Of a stretch of DNA of 38,642 bases, positions 30,890 through 38,642 are shown one piece after another. The stretch is taken from the UHGV virus genome UHGV-0115960; one strand, 5' to 3'. The notes below the pieces were generated by a model that worked only from the letters and a program-made list of their open reading frames with translations, was not told the DNA's origin and made no database searches. The first letter of the stretch is position 1. Every line of letters begins with the position of its first letter. The DNA comes from a virus. The position numbers and the translations under genes are program-made.

Positions 30890-31642
30890 GTGATGGAGTG
30901 CGTAGCGAGCAGCAATAGTGCAATACCTAATGTCGTTGAGGTAATACGTCGCATCAATGAAGGTTCCACTCAGCCATTTCTTTGCAAATGTGATGATGGG
31001 CAGTTGTATGTTTTGAAGTCAAAACCATCAATGCCCCCGAAAAATCTCTTAGCTGAGTTCATTTCGGCGTGTTTGGCTAATGATATCGGCCTTCCTTTAC
31101 CTGACTTTAAAATCGTATTTGTGCCAGAGGAACTTATAGAGTACTCACCTGATCTGCAGCAACAAATTTGTACAGGATATGCCTTTGCTTCATTGTTCAT
31201 TGACGGTGCAATAGCGTTAACGTTTACGCAGTCAAGAAACGAAACGATCATCCCAGTCGAACAGCAAAAATTAATCTATGTTTTTGATAAATGGATATTA
31301 AATGCAGACAGAACGCTTACTGACAAAGGTGGAAACGTTAACATCCTTTATGACATCAGTAACGATAAGTATTATCTGATTGACCATAATCTCTCATTTG
31401 ATCAGAATGCTGGACCTGAAGATTTTTCTGTGCACGTGTACGGCCCTGGTAACCGCAAATGGCAATATGATTTAGTGGATCGCGTAGAGTACCGCCAGAG
31501 GGTCGTTAACAGTTTACACAAGCTTCCTGCTATCCTTGACGAAATTCCAGAAGAGTGGATAGTAGATGAGGAGTTTTTACCTTTTGTCTGCACTACGCTA
31601 GACAAAGGTGATTGTGATGAATTTTGGAGCGCAATAGAATGA
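30890..31642 (+). CDS. Protein-kinase-like fold protein (HipA/aminoglycoside-phosphotransferase-like catalytic motifs), 250 aa, downstream of cI
   Basis: Candidate catalytic loop TDKGGNVNIL and downstream LIDHNLSFD about 20 residues later; candidate ATP-binding Lys in LYVLKSK; lower GC than backbone. Confidence 0.55.
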   Translation: MMECVASSNSAIPNVVEVIRRINEGSTQPFLCKCDDGQLYVLKSKPSMPPKNLLAEFISACLANDIGLPLPDFKIVFVPEELIEYSPDLQQQICTGYAFASLFIDGAIALTFTQSRNETIIPVEQQKLIYVFDKWILNADRTLTDKGGNVNILYDISNDKYYLIDHNLSFDQNAGPEDFSVHVYGPGNRKWQYDLVDRVEYRQRVVNSLHKLPAILDEIPEEWIVDEEFLPFVCTTLDKGDCDEFWSAIE

Positions 31643-32466
31643 CAACTCCATGCCTATATAGCATCGTTCGCTATGCGCCTTATGCGGAGACTGAAGAGTT
31701 CGCAAACATAGGCGTACTTCTGTGCGCGCCAAAAGAAAATTACTTTGATTTCCAGCTCACAAAGCGAAATGACTCTCGTGTAAAGAATTTTTTCCATGAT
31801 GATTGTATTTTCCCTGTAGCAAAAGACTCAATACAAAGAGAACTACAGTTCGCAAAAATGCATGCGACCCAGATTGTTGGACATCAACAACTTGCACAAT
31901 TCTTCAGATATTTTACAAACAAAAAAGAATCAATTTTTCAGTTCAGTTCTACGAGAGTGATTCTCAGCGAAAACCCAAAAGAAGAGCTGGCCCGCATTTA
32001 CAATAAATATGTAAACCACTCTGACTACACAAAAGAGCGCCGTGAAGATGTTCTAGCCAGAGAGCTAAAACGAAGTATCGATAGAATAGATGGATTGAAG
32101 AACCTCTTCAAACAAGCAACCATTGATGGGTATTTCGCAAAGTTCTCAATGCCATTGGTCGCCAAGAAGCATGACAGGATCCAATGTGCCATCAAACCTC
32201 TGGCATTCACTCAAGCTGAACCAGGAAAAATGATGGAGCATAGTGATACTTGGGTGATGAGAATAACTCGAGCAGCAGAAGAAAACCTGCTTTCACTTGA
32301 TGACATTTTATTCACAATTGAAACTCCTGAATCACCAAACTCAGGCCAAAGCAAAGTTATTGACATCATAAAGAGAACTATGGATGCTAAGAAAATAAAT
32401 CATATACCTGCATCCAACCACAAAGAAACTATTGATTTTGCAAAAAAAATACTTCCCCAAGTTTAA
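31639..32466 (+). CDS. DUF3037-like protein (275 aa), translationally coupled to the kinase-like gene
   Basis: N-terminal YSIVRYAPYAETEEFANIGVLL resembles DUF3037 signature (from memory); ATGA start/stop overlap with upstream gene. Confidence 0.6.
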   Translation: MTTPCLYSIVRYAPYAETEEFANIGVLLCAPKENYFDFQLTKRNDSRVKNFFHDDCIFPVAKDSIQRELQFAKMHATQIVGHQQLAQFFRYFTNKKESIFQFSSTRVILSENPKEELARIYNKYVNHSDYTKERREDVLARELKRSIDRIDGLKNLFKQATIDGYFAKFSMPLVAKKHDRIQCAIKPLAFTQAEPGKMMEHSDTWVMRITRAAEENLLSLDDILFTIETPESPNSGQSKVIDIIKRTMDAKKINHIPASNHKETIDFAKKILPQV

Positions 32467-32500
32467 AATTTATTTTTGTATGTGATATTCCTTATTAATA

Positions 32501-32530
32501 ACCCGGCCACCGTGCCGGGTTTTCTTTTGC
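32501..32530 (+). terminator. Rho-independent terminator ending the cI-kinase-DUF3037 operon (tImm equivalent)
   Basis: CCCGGCcaccgtGCCGGG followed by TTTTCTTTT. Confidence 0.75.
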
Positions 32531-32599
32531 CTCCCCTCATCACACACACCGTTCAAAAAACCACCACAACCTCGCTTCAGTTATCGCTATGCAATTCAA

Positions 32600-32770
32600 G
32601 TCACAAAATAAATCCATCCCAAATACAACCAGTTATATCTAAAACAACCAATAAAACAACTTATGTTGTTGACGATAATACAACTATAGTTTTAAATAAG
32701 TTCATCGCAACAACACAATCATACGGCAACCACCTGATTCACCGTTGCGATGACCGCTTAGATCCGCAGC
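32600..32770 (+). promoter_or_regulatory. pL/oL-like region: operator half-sites and putative promoter
   Basis: Palindrome AACAACttatGTTGTT at about 32655-32670 and further AACAACC copies match oR half-site; TTGACG-17-TTAAAT about 32669-32697. Confidence 0.45.
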
Positions 32771-33181
32771 TTGAATTTCAGCAGGCTTCGGGGAGTGCGA
32801 GGGGTGAAACGGACGCGTGAACGTCGGTGTGACCAGCTGAAATCAACACAACACTTTATACCTCAGTCGCTTCAAGGAGGCGGCTTAGTTATGACAACCG
32901 GCGGCCATCCACCGCCTGAATACGCGCAGAAGTCTCTATATGTTCAGCAGCCCAGCTTACGGGCAGGAGTTTTTATGGTTCATCAACATTACGGAACGCA
33001 GACCGTTAATCGCGGTGCGGTCATGCCAGGAATGCTGGTCAAACACAAAGATGGTACCTGGACTGCATCAGCTAATTTACGCGGACGGCTTTATCTGCAT
33101 CGCGGCATCGAGCGCACTTATACCCGTGACTTGCTCGTGGAAGTTTTTCTCGACGGACGCGGCAACGGCCTGAATCACTAA
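32771..33181 (+). CDS. N-like antiterminator (arginine-rich motif near N-terminus); start uncertain (TTG 32771, GTG 32795 or 32804)
   Basis: Arg-rich motif [14 protein letters not shown] resembles N-protein ARMs; first gene after pL-like region. Confidence 0.5.
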   Translation: MNFSRLRGVRGVKRTRERRCDQLKSTQHFIPQSLQGGGLVMTTGGHPPPEYAQKSLYVQQPSLRAGVFMVHQHYGTQTVNRGAVMPGMLVKHKDGTWTASANLRGRLYLHRGIERTYTRDLLVEVFLDGRGNGLNH

Positions 33182-33256
33182 CCCCCTTTCCTGTTTTCCT
33201 AATCAGCCTGGCATTTCGCGGGCGATATTTTCACAGCCATTTTCAGGAGTTCAGCC

Positions 33257-33553
33257 ATGAACGCTTATTACATTCAGGATCGTCTTGAGGCTCAGAGCTG
33301 GGCGCGTCACTACCAGCAGATCGCCCGTGAAGAGAAAGAGGCAGAACTGGCAGACGACATGGAAAAAGGCCTGCCCCAGCACCTGTTTGAATCGCTATGC
33401 ATCGATCATTTGCAACGCCACGGGGTCAGCAAAAAAGCCATTACCCGTGCGTTCGATGACGATGTTGAGTTTCAGGAGCGCATGGCAGAACACATCCGGT
33501 ACATGGTTGAAACCATTGCTCACCACCAGGTTGATATTGATTCAGAGGTATAA
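33257..33553 (+). CDS. gam: Gam (short GamS form, RecBCD inhibitor)
   Basis: 98 aa near-identical to recalled C-terminal portion of lambda Gam starting at [21 protein letters not shown]. Confidence 0.9.
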   Translation: MNAYYIQDRLEAQSWARHYQQIAREEKEAELADDMEKGLPQHLFESLCIDHLQRHGVSKKAITRAFDDDVEFQERMAEHIRYMVETIAHHQVDIDSEV

Positions 33554-33558
33554 AACGG

Positions 33559-34344
33559 ATGAGTACAGCACTCGCAACGCTGGCTGGGAAGCTGGCTGAA
33601 CGTGTCGGCATGGATTCTGTCGACCCACAGGAACTGATCACCACTCTTCGCCAGACGGCATTTAAAGGTGATGCCAGCGATGCGCAGTTCATCGCATTGT
33701 TGATCGTCGCCAACCAGTACGGCCTTAATCCGTGGACGAAAGAAATTTACGCCTTCCCTGACAAGCAGAACGGCATCGTTCCGGTGGTGGGCGTTGATGG
33801 CTGGTCCCGCATCATCAATGAAAACCAGCAGTTTGATGGCATGGACTTTGAGCAGGACAATGAATCCTGCACATGCCGGATTTACCGCAAAGACCGCAAT
33901 CATCCGATCTGCGTTACCGAGTGGATGGATGAATGCCGCCGCGAACCATTCAAAACCCGCGAAGGCAGAGAAATCACGGGGCCGTGGCAGTCGCATCCCA
34001 AACGGATGTTACGACATAAAGCCATGATTCAGTGTGCCCGTCTCGCCTTCGGATTTGCTGGTATCTATGACAAGGATGAAGCCGAGCGCATTGTCGAAAA
34101 TACCGCATACACTGCAGAACGTCAGCCGGAACGCGACATCACTCCGGTTAACGATGAAACCATGCAGGAGATTAACACTCTGCTGATTGCCCTGGATAAA
34201 ACATGGGATGACGACTTATTGCCGCTCTGTTCCCAGATATTTCGCCGCGACATTCGCGCATCGTCAGAACTGACACAGGCCGAAGCAGTGAAAGCTCTTG
34301 GATTCCTGAAACAGAAAGCCACTGAGCAGAAGGTGGCAGCATGA
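33559..34344 (+). CDS. bet: Bet (Red-beta single-strand annealing protein)
   Basis: 261 aa near-identical to recalled lambda Bet ([48 protein letters not shown]...). Confidence 0.97.
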   Translation: MSTALATLAGKLAERVGMDSVDPQELITTLRQTAFKGDASDAQFIALLIVANQYGLNPWTKEIYAFPDKQNGIVPVVGVDGWSRIINENQQFDGMDFEQDNESCTCRIYRKDRNHPICVTEWMDECRREPFKTREGREITGPWQSHPKRMLRHKAMIQCARLAFGFAGIYDKDEAERIVENTAYTAERQPERDITPVNDETMQEINTLLIALDKTWDDDLLPLCSQIFRRDIRASSELTQAEAVKALGFLKQKATEQKVAA

Positions 34345-35021
34345 CACCGGACATTATACTGCAGCGTACCGGGATCGACGTGAGAGCTGTCGAACAGGGG
34401 GATGATGCATGGCACAAATTACGGCTCGGCGTCATCACCGCTTCAGAAGTTCACAACGTGATAGCAAAGCCCCGATCAGGAAAGAAGTGGCCTGACATGA
34501 AAATGTCCTACTTCCACACCCTGCTGGCTGAGGTTTGCACCGGTGTGGCTCCGGAAGTTAACGCTAAAGCGCTGGCCTGGGGAAAACAGTACGAGAACGA
34601 CGCCAGAACCCTGTTTGAGTTCACTTCCGGCGTAAATGTTATTGAATCCCCGATCATCTATCGCGACGAAAGTATGCGCACCGCCTGCTCTCCCGATGGT
34701 TTATGCAGTGACGGCAATGGCCTTGAGCTGAAATGCCCGTTTACCTCCCGGGATTTCATGAAATTCCGGCTCGGTGGTTTCGAGGCCATAAAGTCGGCTT
34801 ACATGGCCCAGGTGCAGTACAGCATGTGGGTGACGCGAAAAGATGCCTGGTACTTTGCCAACTATGACCCGCGTATGAAGCGTGAAGGCCTGCATTATGT
34901 CGTGATTGAGCAGGATGAAAAGTACATGGCGAGTTTTGACGAGATGGTGCCGGAGTTCATCGAAAAAATGGACGAGGCACTGGCTGAAATTGGTTTTGTA
35001 TTTGGGGAGCAATGGCGATGA
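34341..35021 (+). CDS. exo: Exo (lambda exonuclease, Red-alpha)
   Basis: 226 aa near-identical to recalled lambda Exo ([40 protein letters not shown]...). Confidence 0.97.
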   Translation: MTPDIILQRTGIDVRAVEQGDDAWHKLRLGVITASEVHNVIAKPRSGKKWPDMKMSYFHTLLAEVCTGVAPEVNAKALAWGKQYENDARTLFEFTSGVNVIESPIIYRDESMRTACSPDGLCSDGNGLELKCPFTSRDFMKFRLGGFEAIKSAYMAQVQYSMWVTRKDAWYFANYDPRMKREGLHYVVIEQDEKYMASFDEMVPEFIEKMDEALAEIGFVFGEQWR

Positions 35022-35176
35022 AGCATCCTCACGATAATATCCGGGTAGGCACGATCACTTTCGTCTACTCCGTTACGAAGCGAGGCTGGGTATTTCCCGG
35101 CCTTTCTGTTATCCGAAATCCCCTGAAAGCACAGCGGCTGGCTGAGGAGATAAATAATAAACGGGGAGCTGTATGA
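35018..35176 (+). CDS. Small protein (52 aa), DUF1317-like, translationally coupled to exo and to the methyltransferase
   Basis: Not in ORF track (<60 aa); ATGA overlaps at both ends; sequence [52 protein letters not shown]. Confidence 0.5.
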   Translation: MKHPHDNIRVGTITFVYSVTKRGWVFPGLSVIRNPLKAQRLAEEINNKRGAV

Positions 35177-35730
35177 CTGATTTCACCGGAAGCAATACTC
35201 CTGCCGAACATCGCGACAGCTGGCGCACACCACCAGAGATTTTTGCTGCGCTTAATGCAGAGTTCGTTTTTCAACTTGATGCTGCCGCCAGCGAAAAAAA
35301 CCGACTATGTCGGCTTTTTATCTCACAGGAGCAGAACACATTAACCACTTCATGGCCTGAAGCAATGGGATATGCCTCTGGTTATGTCTGGTTGAATCCA
35401 CCATACAGCAATATTTCCCCTTTTGTGAAAAAGGCAGCCACTGAAAACAAATTCAGCAGTGTGGGATGTGTAATGTTATTACCTGCTGACACATCTGTCG
35501 GATGGTTTCATGAAGCGATACAAACCGCCAGTGAGGTCAGATTCATCACGGCAGGACGACTGGCATTTATTAACCCACTCACCGGGAAACACGTCAGTGG
35601 AAATAATAAAGGCTCGATGCTCATTATCTGGCACCCATACCCCCGTACACACTGCCACTTTACGACCGTTGATCGTGGAGAGTTGATGGCGTTCGGCTCA
35701 AGGATTCTTGCCCGTCGGGAGGCTGCATGA
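35173..35730 (+). CDS. DNA N6-adenine methyltransferase (phage Dam family)
   Basis: Catalytic NPPY motif (VWLNPPYSN) and N-terminal WRTPPEIF. Confidence 0.85.
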   Translation: MTDFTGSNTPAEHRDSWRTPPEIFAALNAEFVFQLDAAASEKNRLCRLFISQEQNTLTTSWPEAMGYASGYVWLNPPYSNISPFVKKAATENKFSSVGCVMLLPADTSVGWFHEAIQTASEVRFITAGRLAFINPLTGKHVSGNNKGSMLIIWHPYPRTHCHFTTVDRGELMAFGSRILARREAA

Positions 35731-35810
35731 CAACCACGGAATGCATTTTTCTGGCAGCGGGCTTCATATTCTGTGTGCTTATGCTTGCCGACATGGGACT
35801 TGTTCAATGA
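35727..35810 (+). CDS. Putative 27-aa hydrophobic membrane micro-protein
   Basis: Not in ORF track; MTTTECIFLAAGFIFCVLMLADMGLVQ; ATGA overlaps with upstream and downstream genes. Confidence 0.35.
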   Translation: MTTTECIFLAAGFIFCVLMLADMGLVQ

Positions 35811-36022
35811 CACCTCAGCAGGAAAACGCCCTTCGCAGCATTGCCCGTCAGGCTAATTCTGAAATCAAAAAAGCCAGACAGCAGTTTCCGGATAAAAACG
35901 TCGATGACATTTGCCGTAGCGTACTGAAGAAGCACCGCGAAACGGTAACGCTGATGGGATTCACACCGACTCATTTAAGCCTGGCGATCGGCATGTTAAA
36001 CGGCGTCTTTAAGGAGCGATGA
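35807..36022 (+). CDS. Hypothetical protein (71 aa from ATG at 35807)
   Basis: ORF-track frame; ATG overlapping stop of the micro-ORF; no family recognised. Confidence 0.5.
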   Translation: MTPQQENALRSIARQANSEIKKARQQFPDKNVDDICRSVLKKHRETVTLMGFTPTHLSLAIGMLNGVFKER

Positions 36023-36043
36023 ACATGAAAAGCAAAATCATCA

Positions 36044-36068
36044 GGGAGCTACAGGCTCCTTTTTTATT
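36044..36068 (+). terminator. Rho-independent terminator within early-left operon (tL-like)
   Basis: GGAGCtacagGCTCC followed by TTTTTTATTATT. Confidence 0.6.
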
Positions 36069-36120
36069 ATTCGCATTCACCCTCAAGCGTATTAACCAAC
36101 AATTCAGGGATTAATGGAAG

Positions 36121-36342
36121 ATGGCAGACATCATTGATTCAGCATCAGAAATCGAAGAATTACAGCGCAATACAGCAATAAAAATGCGCCGCCTGAACCA
36201 CCAGGCTATATCTGCCACTCATTGTTGTGAGTGTGGCGATCCCATAGATGAGCGAAGACGCCTGGCCGTTCAGGGTTGGCGGACTTGTGCAAGTTGCCAG
36301 GAAGATCTGGAGCTTATCAGTAAACAGAGAGGTTCGAAGTGA
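36121..36342 (+). CDS. TraR/DksA-family C4 zinc-finger protein
   Basis: CCECGDPIDERRRLAVQGWRTCASCQ four-cysteine motif in a 73-aa protein. Confidence 0.8.
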   Translation: MADIIDSASEIEELQRNTAIKMRRLNHQAISATHCCECGDPIDERRRLAVQGWRTCASCQEDLELISKQRGSK

Positions 36343-36983
36343 GCGAAATTAACTCTCAGGCACTGCGTGAAGCGGCAGAGCAGGCAATGCATGACAACTG
36401 GGGATTTGACGCGGACCTTTTCCATGAGCTGGTAACACCATCGATTGTGCTGGCACTGCTGGATGAACGGGAAAGAAACCAGCAATACGTCAAACGCCGC
36501 GACAATGAGAACGAGGATATTGCACTAACGGTAGGGAGGCTGAGAGTTGAGCTGGAAGGCAAAGACAGCAAGATAGCCAATCTTACCGCCGAACGCGATG
36601 CTCTTCGTGAAGGTGAGATGGGCGACGCTAGGCATAGCAACACACGGGCCGCAGCTGATATCTACTTCCAACTGGTCGAGGAGTGCGAAATTCCTGCTGG
36701 CGGATCTCTGGTCGAGTACGTTGACGATATGCGCGAGAAGCTGGAAGCCGCAGAGAAGCGCATTGCAGAGTTAGAAAGTGGTTCTCAGGCACAAAAGTTA
36801 GTTGAAGCAATCATTGTTGCGATAGAAAACGAACAGGAAAGGCTTTTTGATGAAGATTACCTAATGGATTCGAAAGAATGCATTGACGTAATTCGTGAAG
36901 AAGTAAAGCGATGGAATGATTCCCGTGCCGCTGGCATTCGCATCAAAGGAGACGCAGGAGAACAAAACGATGAAAAACCGTAA
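36339..36983 (+). CDS. Ead/Ea22-like protein (coiled coil)
   Basis: N-terminus MSEINSQALREAAEQAMHDNWGFD typical of Ea22-like prophage proteins (from memory); heptad-rich middle. Confidence 0.65.
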   Translation: MSEINSQALREAAEQAMHDNWGFDADLFHELVTPSIVLALLDERERNQQYVKRRDNENEDIALTVGRLRVELEGKDSKIANLTAERDALREGEMGDARHSNTRAAADIYFQLVEECEIPAGGSLVEYVDDMREKLEAAEKRIAELESGSQAQKLVEAIIVAIENEQERLFDEDYLMDSKECIDVIREEVKRWNDSRAAGIRIKGDAGEQNDEKP

Positions 36984-37158
36984 AGCAAAAATTCTTTTGA
37001 CCTGTAGAAATGCTCGCGGCATCCAGCAATGGTTAAAACTCAGTAACCGCAGAATGGGGCTGTTCACAAATACGGCTGATATTGTGATGTGTTCACTTAA
37101 CAAGCCCAGCGCGGCGCAAAACCGCTGGAAAAACCACTTTCGCACTAAAGGAGAGTGA
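36970..37158 (+). CDS. Small basic hypothetical protein (62 aa from internal ATG)
   Basis: ORF-track frame; overlaps end of Ea22-like gene. Confidence 0.4.
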   Translation: MKNRKAKILLTCRNARGIQQWLKLSNRRMGLFTNTADIVMCSLNKPSAAQNRWKNHFRTKGE

Positions 37159-37159
37159 T

Positions 37160-37984
37160 ATGACCACTTTCACCGACAAAGAACTGATTAAAGAAATCAA
37201 AGAGCGTATCAGCAGCCTGGACGTTCGAGACAATATTGAACGCCGGGCTTATGAAATTGCACTGGCATCGCTGGAAGCAGATCCAGTTGCTTATATTTTC
37301 AAACATCCGGCTGGGAAATTATTCTGGTCTTTAACGGATAAAAGCAATAAAGAGCAAGCGGACGTTATTCCTGTTTATGCTGCCGCGCCTGCGTCGGTTG
37401 TGCCGGATAATGCATCAGAGCCTCTTGCTTATGCTTACAAAGAGCTTACGCCTGAGATTATGCGCAACCATTTAGCTGTATTCGAGCGATATGGAATAGC
37501 CCCAAACGATAGCTCTACCACAATTCATGCACTGCGAATCGCGCTGGATGGCATAGAGCGGAGCGACGCCATGCTTCATGGTGCCGAACCTGTAAGCCAA
37601 ACTTACAAGTTGCCAGTTAATACACCTTGCCAAGATGCGCCAGCCCATATCTGGCTGCAAACGGCTGGAGTATGGCCAGAAGATGGCGAGTTAAGCGAAT
37701 TAACGTGGTGCAGCCACAATCAGCACCATGATGACACGCTATATGTTCGAGCTGACTTGGTAAATGGCAACTCTCCGGTAACTCCGGATGGTTGGATAAG
37801 CTGTAGTGAGCTAATGCCAGATGATGGTCAGCACGTAATTATTTTATGTGATGGCGCATTCGTTCTTTATGCGCAATATCGAGACGGAGAGTTTTTCGAT
37901 ATTGTCCGCAATGGTGATGAATTTTTCGAAACACAGAGTCGCAATGTAACCGACTGGATGCAACTACCAGAACCTCCTCTTTGA
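37160..37984 (+). CDS. DUF551 domain protein
   Basis: C-terminal PDGWISCSELMPDDGQHVIILCDG...WMQLPEPP resembles DUF551. Confidence 0.65.
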   Translation: MTTFTDKELIKEIKERISSLDVRDNIERRAYEIALASLEADPVAYIFKHPAGKLFWSLTDKSNKEQADVIPVYAAAPASVVPDNASEPLAYAYKELTPEIMRNHLAVFERYGIAPNDSSTTIHALRIALDGIERSDAMLHGAEPVSQTYKLPVNTPCQDAPAHIWLQTAGVWPEDGELSELTWCSHNQHHDDTLYVRADLVNGNSPVTPDGWISCSELMPDDGQHVIILCDGAFVLYAQYRDGEFFDIVRNGDEFFETQSRNVTDWMQLPEPPL

Positions 37985-38080
37985 TAGCTAAGCTTATACA
38001 TATCTTTTACATCAGCAATCTATTGTTAATCTCCAATCAATGTTACGTTGTCATCTCTCTCATGCTTTGGAGGTAGTGAT

Positions 38081-38260
38081 ATGTCTTGTCCAAAATGCGG
38101 TTCTGGAAATATTGCAAAAGAAAAAACAATGCGTGGATGGTCTGATGATTATGTGTGCTGCGATTGCGGATACAACGACTCTAAAGACGCATTTGGAGAG
38201 CGTGGTAAAAACGATTTTGTCAAAATTAATAAAGAACGCGAAGGCAACGAAAAAAGCTAA
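38081..38260 (+). CDS. Small zinc-ribbon protein (59 aa)
   Basis: CPKCGS...CCDCGY pairs; ATG at 38081 with GGAGG upstream. Confidence 0.55.
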   Translation: MSCPKCGSGNIAKEKTMRGWSDDYVCCDCGYNDSKDAFGERGKNDFVKINKEREGNEKS

Positions 38261-38323
38261 TTTATTTATTCATATATGAAAACAATGTAACCAATATTCG
38301 AATTGAAGAACTGAAAGAACACC

Positions 38324-38347
38324 AAGCCGCCTGATGGCGGTTTTTTA
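38324..38347 (+). terminator. Rho-independent terminator
   Basis: GCCGCCtgatGGCGG followed by TTTTTTATT. Confidence 0.7.
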
Positions 38348-38391
38348 TTGCCTGATTTGCAGGTTCGATTCCCTATTCGGAGATAGCACTC

Positions 38392-38592
38392 ATGCAACAC
38401 GAACTACAGCCTGATTCACTGGTTGATTTGAAATTCATCATGGCCGATACTGGCTTCGGTAAGACCTTCATCTATGACCGGATTAAGTCCGGCGACCTGC
38501 CTAAAGCCAAAGTTATACACGGGCGAGCAAGATGGTTATATCGTGACCATTGTGAATTCAAAAATAAGCTCTTAAGCCGCGCCAATGGGTAA
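38392..38592 (+). CDS. AlpA/Vis-family excisionase-like regulator
   Basis: 66 aa; LVDLKFIMADTGFGKTFIYDRIKSGDLPKAKVIHGRARWLYRD fits AlpA family pattern; lies immediately upstream of int if window ends are joined. Confidence 0.8.
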   Translation: MQHELQPDSLVDLKFIMADTGFGKTFIYDRIKSGDLPKAKVIHGRARWLYRDHCEFKNKLLSRANG

Positions 38593-38642
38593 AATAGCGG
38601 GTAAAATATTTCTCACATCTAAAAAACACCATTCCAATCAAT
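38587..38642. promoter_or_regulatory. Two direct GGGTAAAAT copies (about 38587-38595 and 38599-38607) downstream of alpA-like gene; part of a repeat cluster that continues at window start
   Basis: Read directly; same 8-mer core as the copies at 5-13, 27-34 and 41-49. Confidence 0.5.

Noticed and set aside
32476-32820. 114-aa plus-strand ORF downstream of the DUF3037 gene
   Set aside because: Covers the tImm-like terminator and the pL/oL-like operator repeats; Thr/Asn-rich translation reflects the AT-rich regulatory DNA rather than a gene
36019-36114. 31-aa ORF ATGA-coupled to the preceding 71-aa gene
   Set aside because: The ORF contains the terminator hairpin GGAGCtacagGCTCC plus T-run; more likely a terminator region than a translated peptide
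38340-38390. Possible complete tRNA gene at the T-arm-like motif
   Set aside because: No D-arm or anticodon arm can be formed from the upstream sequence (it is a terminator hairpin plus T-run) and the 3' acceptor stem and CCA are absent; only a T-loop-like fragment exists

Overview
This window reads as a complete, circularly permuted genome (38.6 kb) of a temperate lambdoid phage with a P22-like (podovirus) morphogenesis module and a lambda-like early region; several proteins are near-identical to lambda Bet, Exo, Gam (C-terminal part), P, Ren and the R endolysin, as judged from recalled sequences. Minus strand carries the rightward early operon (Cro/YdaS-like, YdaT-like, O with ori iterons, P, Ren, nin region with NinB and RusA, Q-like antiterminator), the lysis cassette (holin, endolysin, Rz/Rz1) and the P22-order structural genes (small and large terminase, portal, scaffold, coat, gp4, gp10, gp26 needle, gp14, gp7, gp20, gp16-like, tailspike). 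Plus strand carries the CI repressor and the leftward early operon (N-like, Gam, Bet, Exo, Dam-type methyltransferase, TraR-like, Ea22-like, DUF551, AlpA-like) ending in a P4-type integrase at the window start. There is no P22 immI region between gp16 and the tailspike. Four lower-GC accessory insertions stand out: a kinase-like plus DUF3037 gene pair immediately downstream of cI (the rexAB-equivalent position), a 472-aa gene antisense in the nin region, an ATP-grasp-like gene between int and the tailspike, and a T5orf172-like gene plus an oppositely oriented YkgJ-like gene between lysis and terminase. The most interesting candidate for an undescribed system is the cI-linked kinase-like/DUF3037 operon. 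All family assignments are from reading motifs by eye and from memory, not from searches; coordinates of features not in the ORF track may be off by 1-2 nt.
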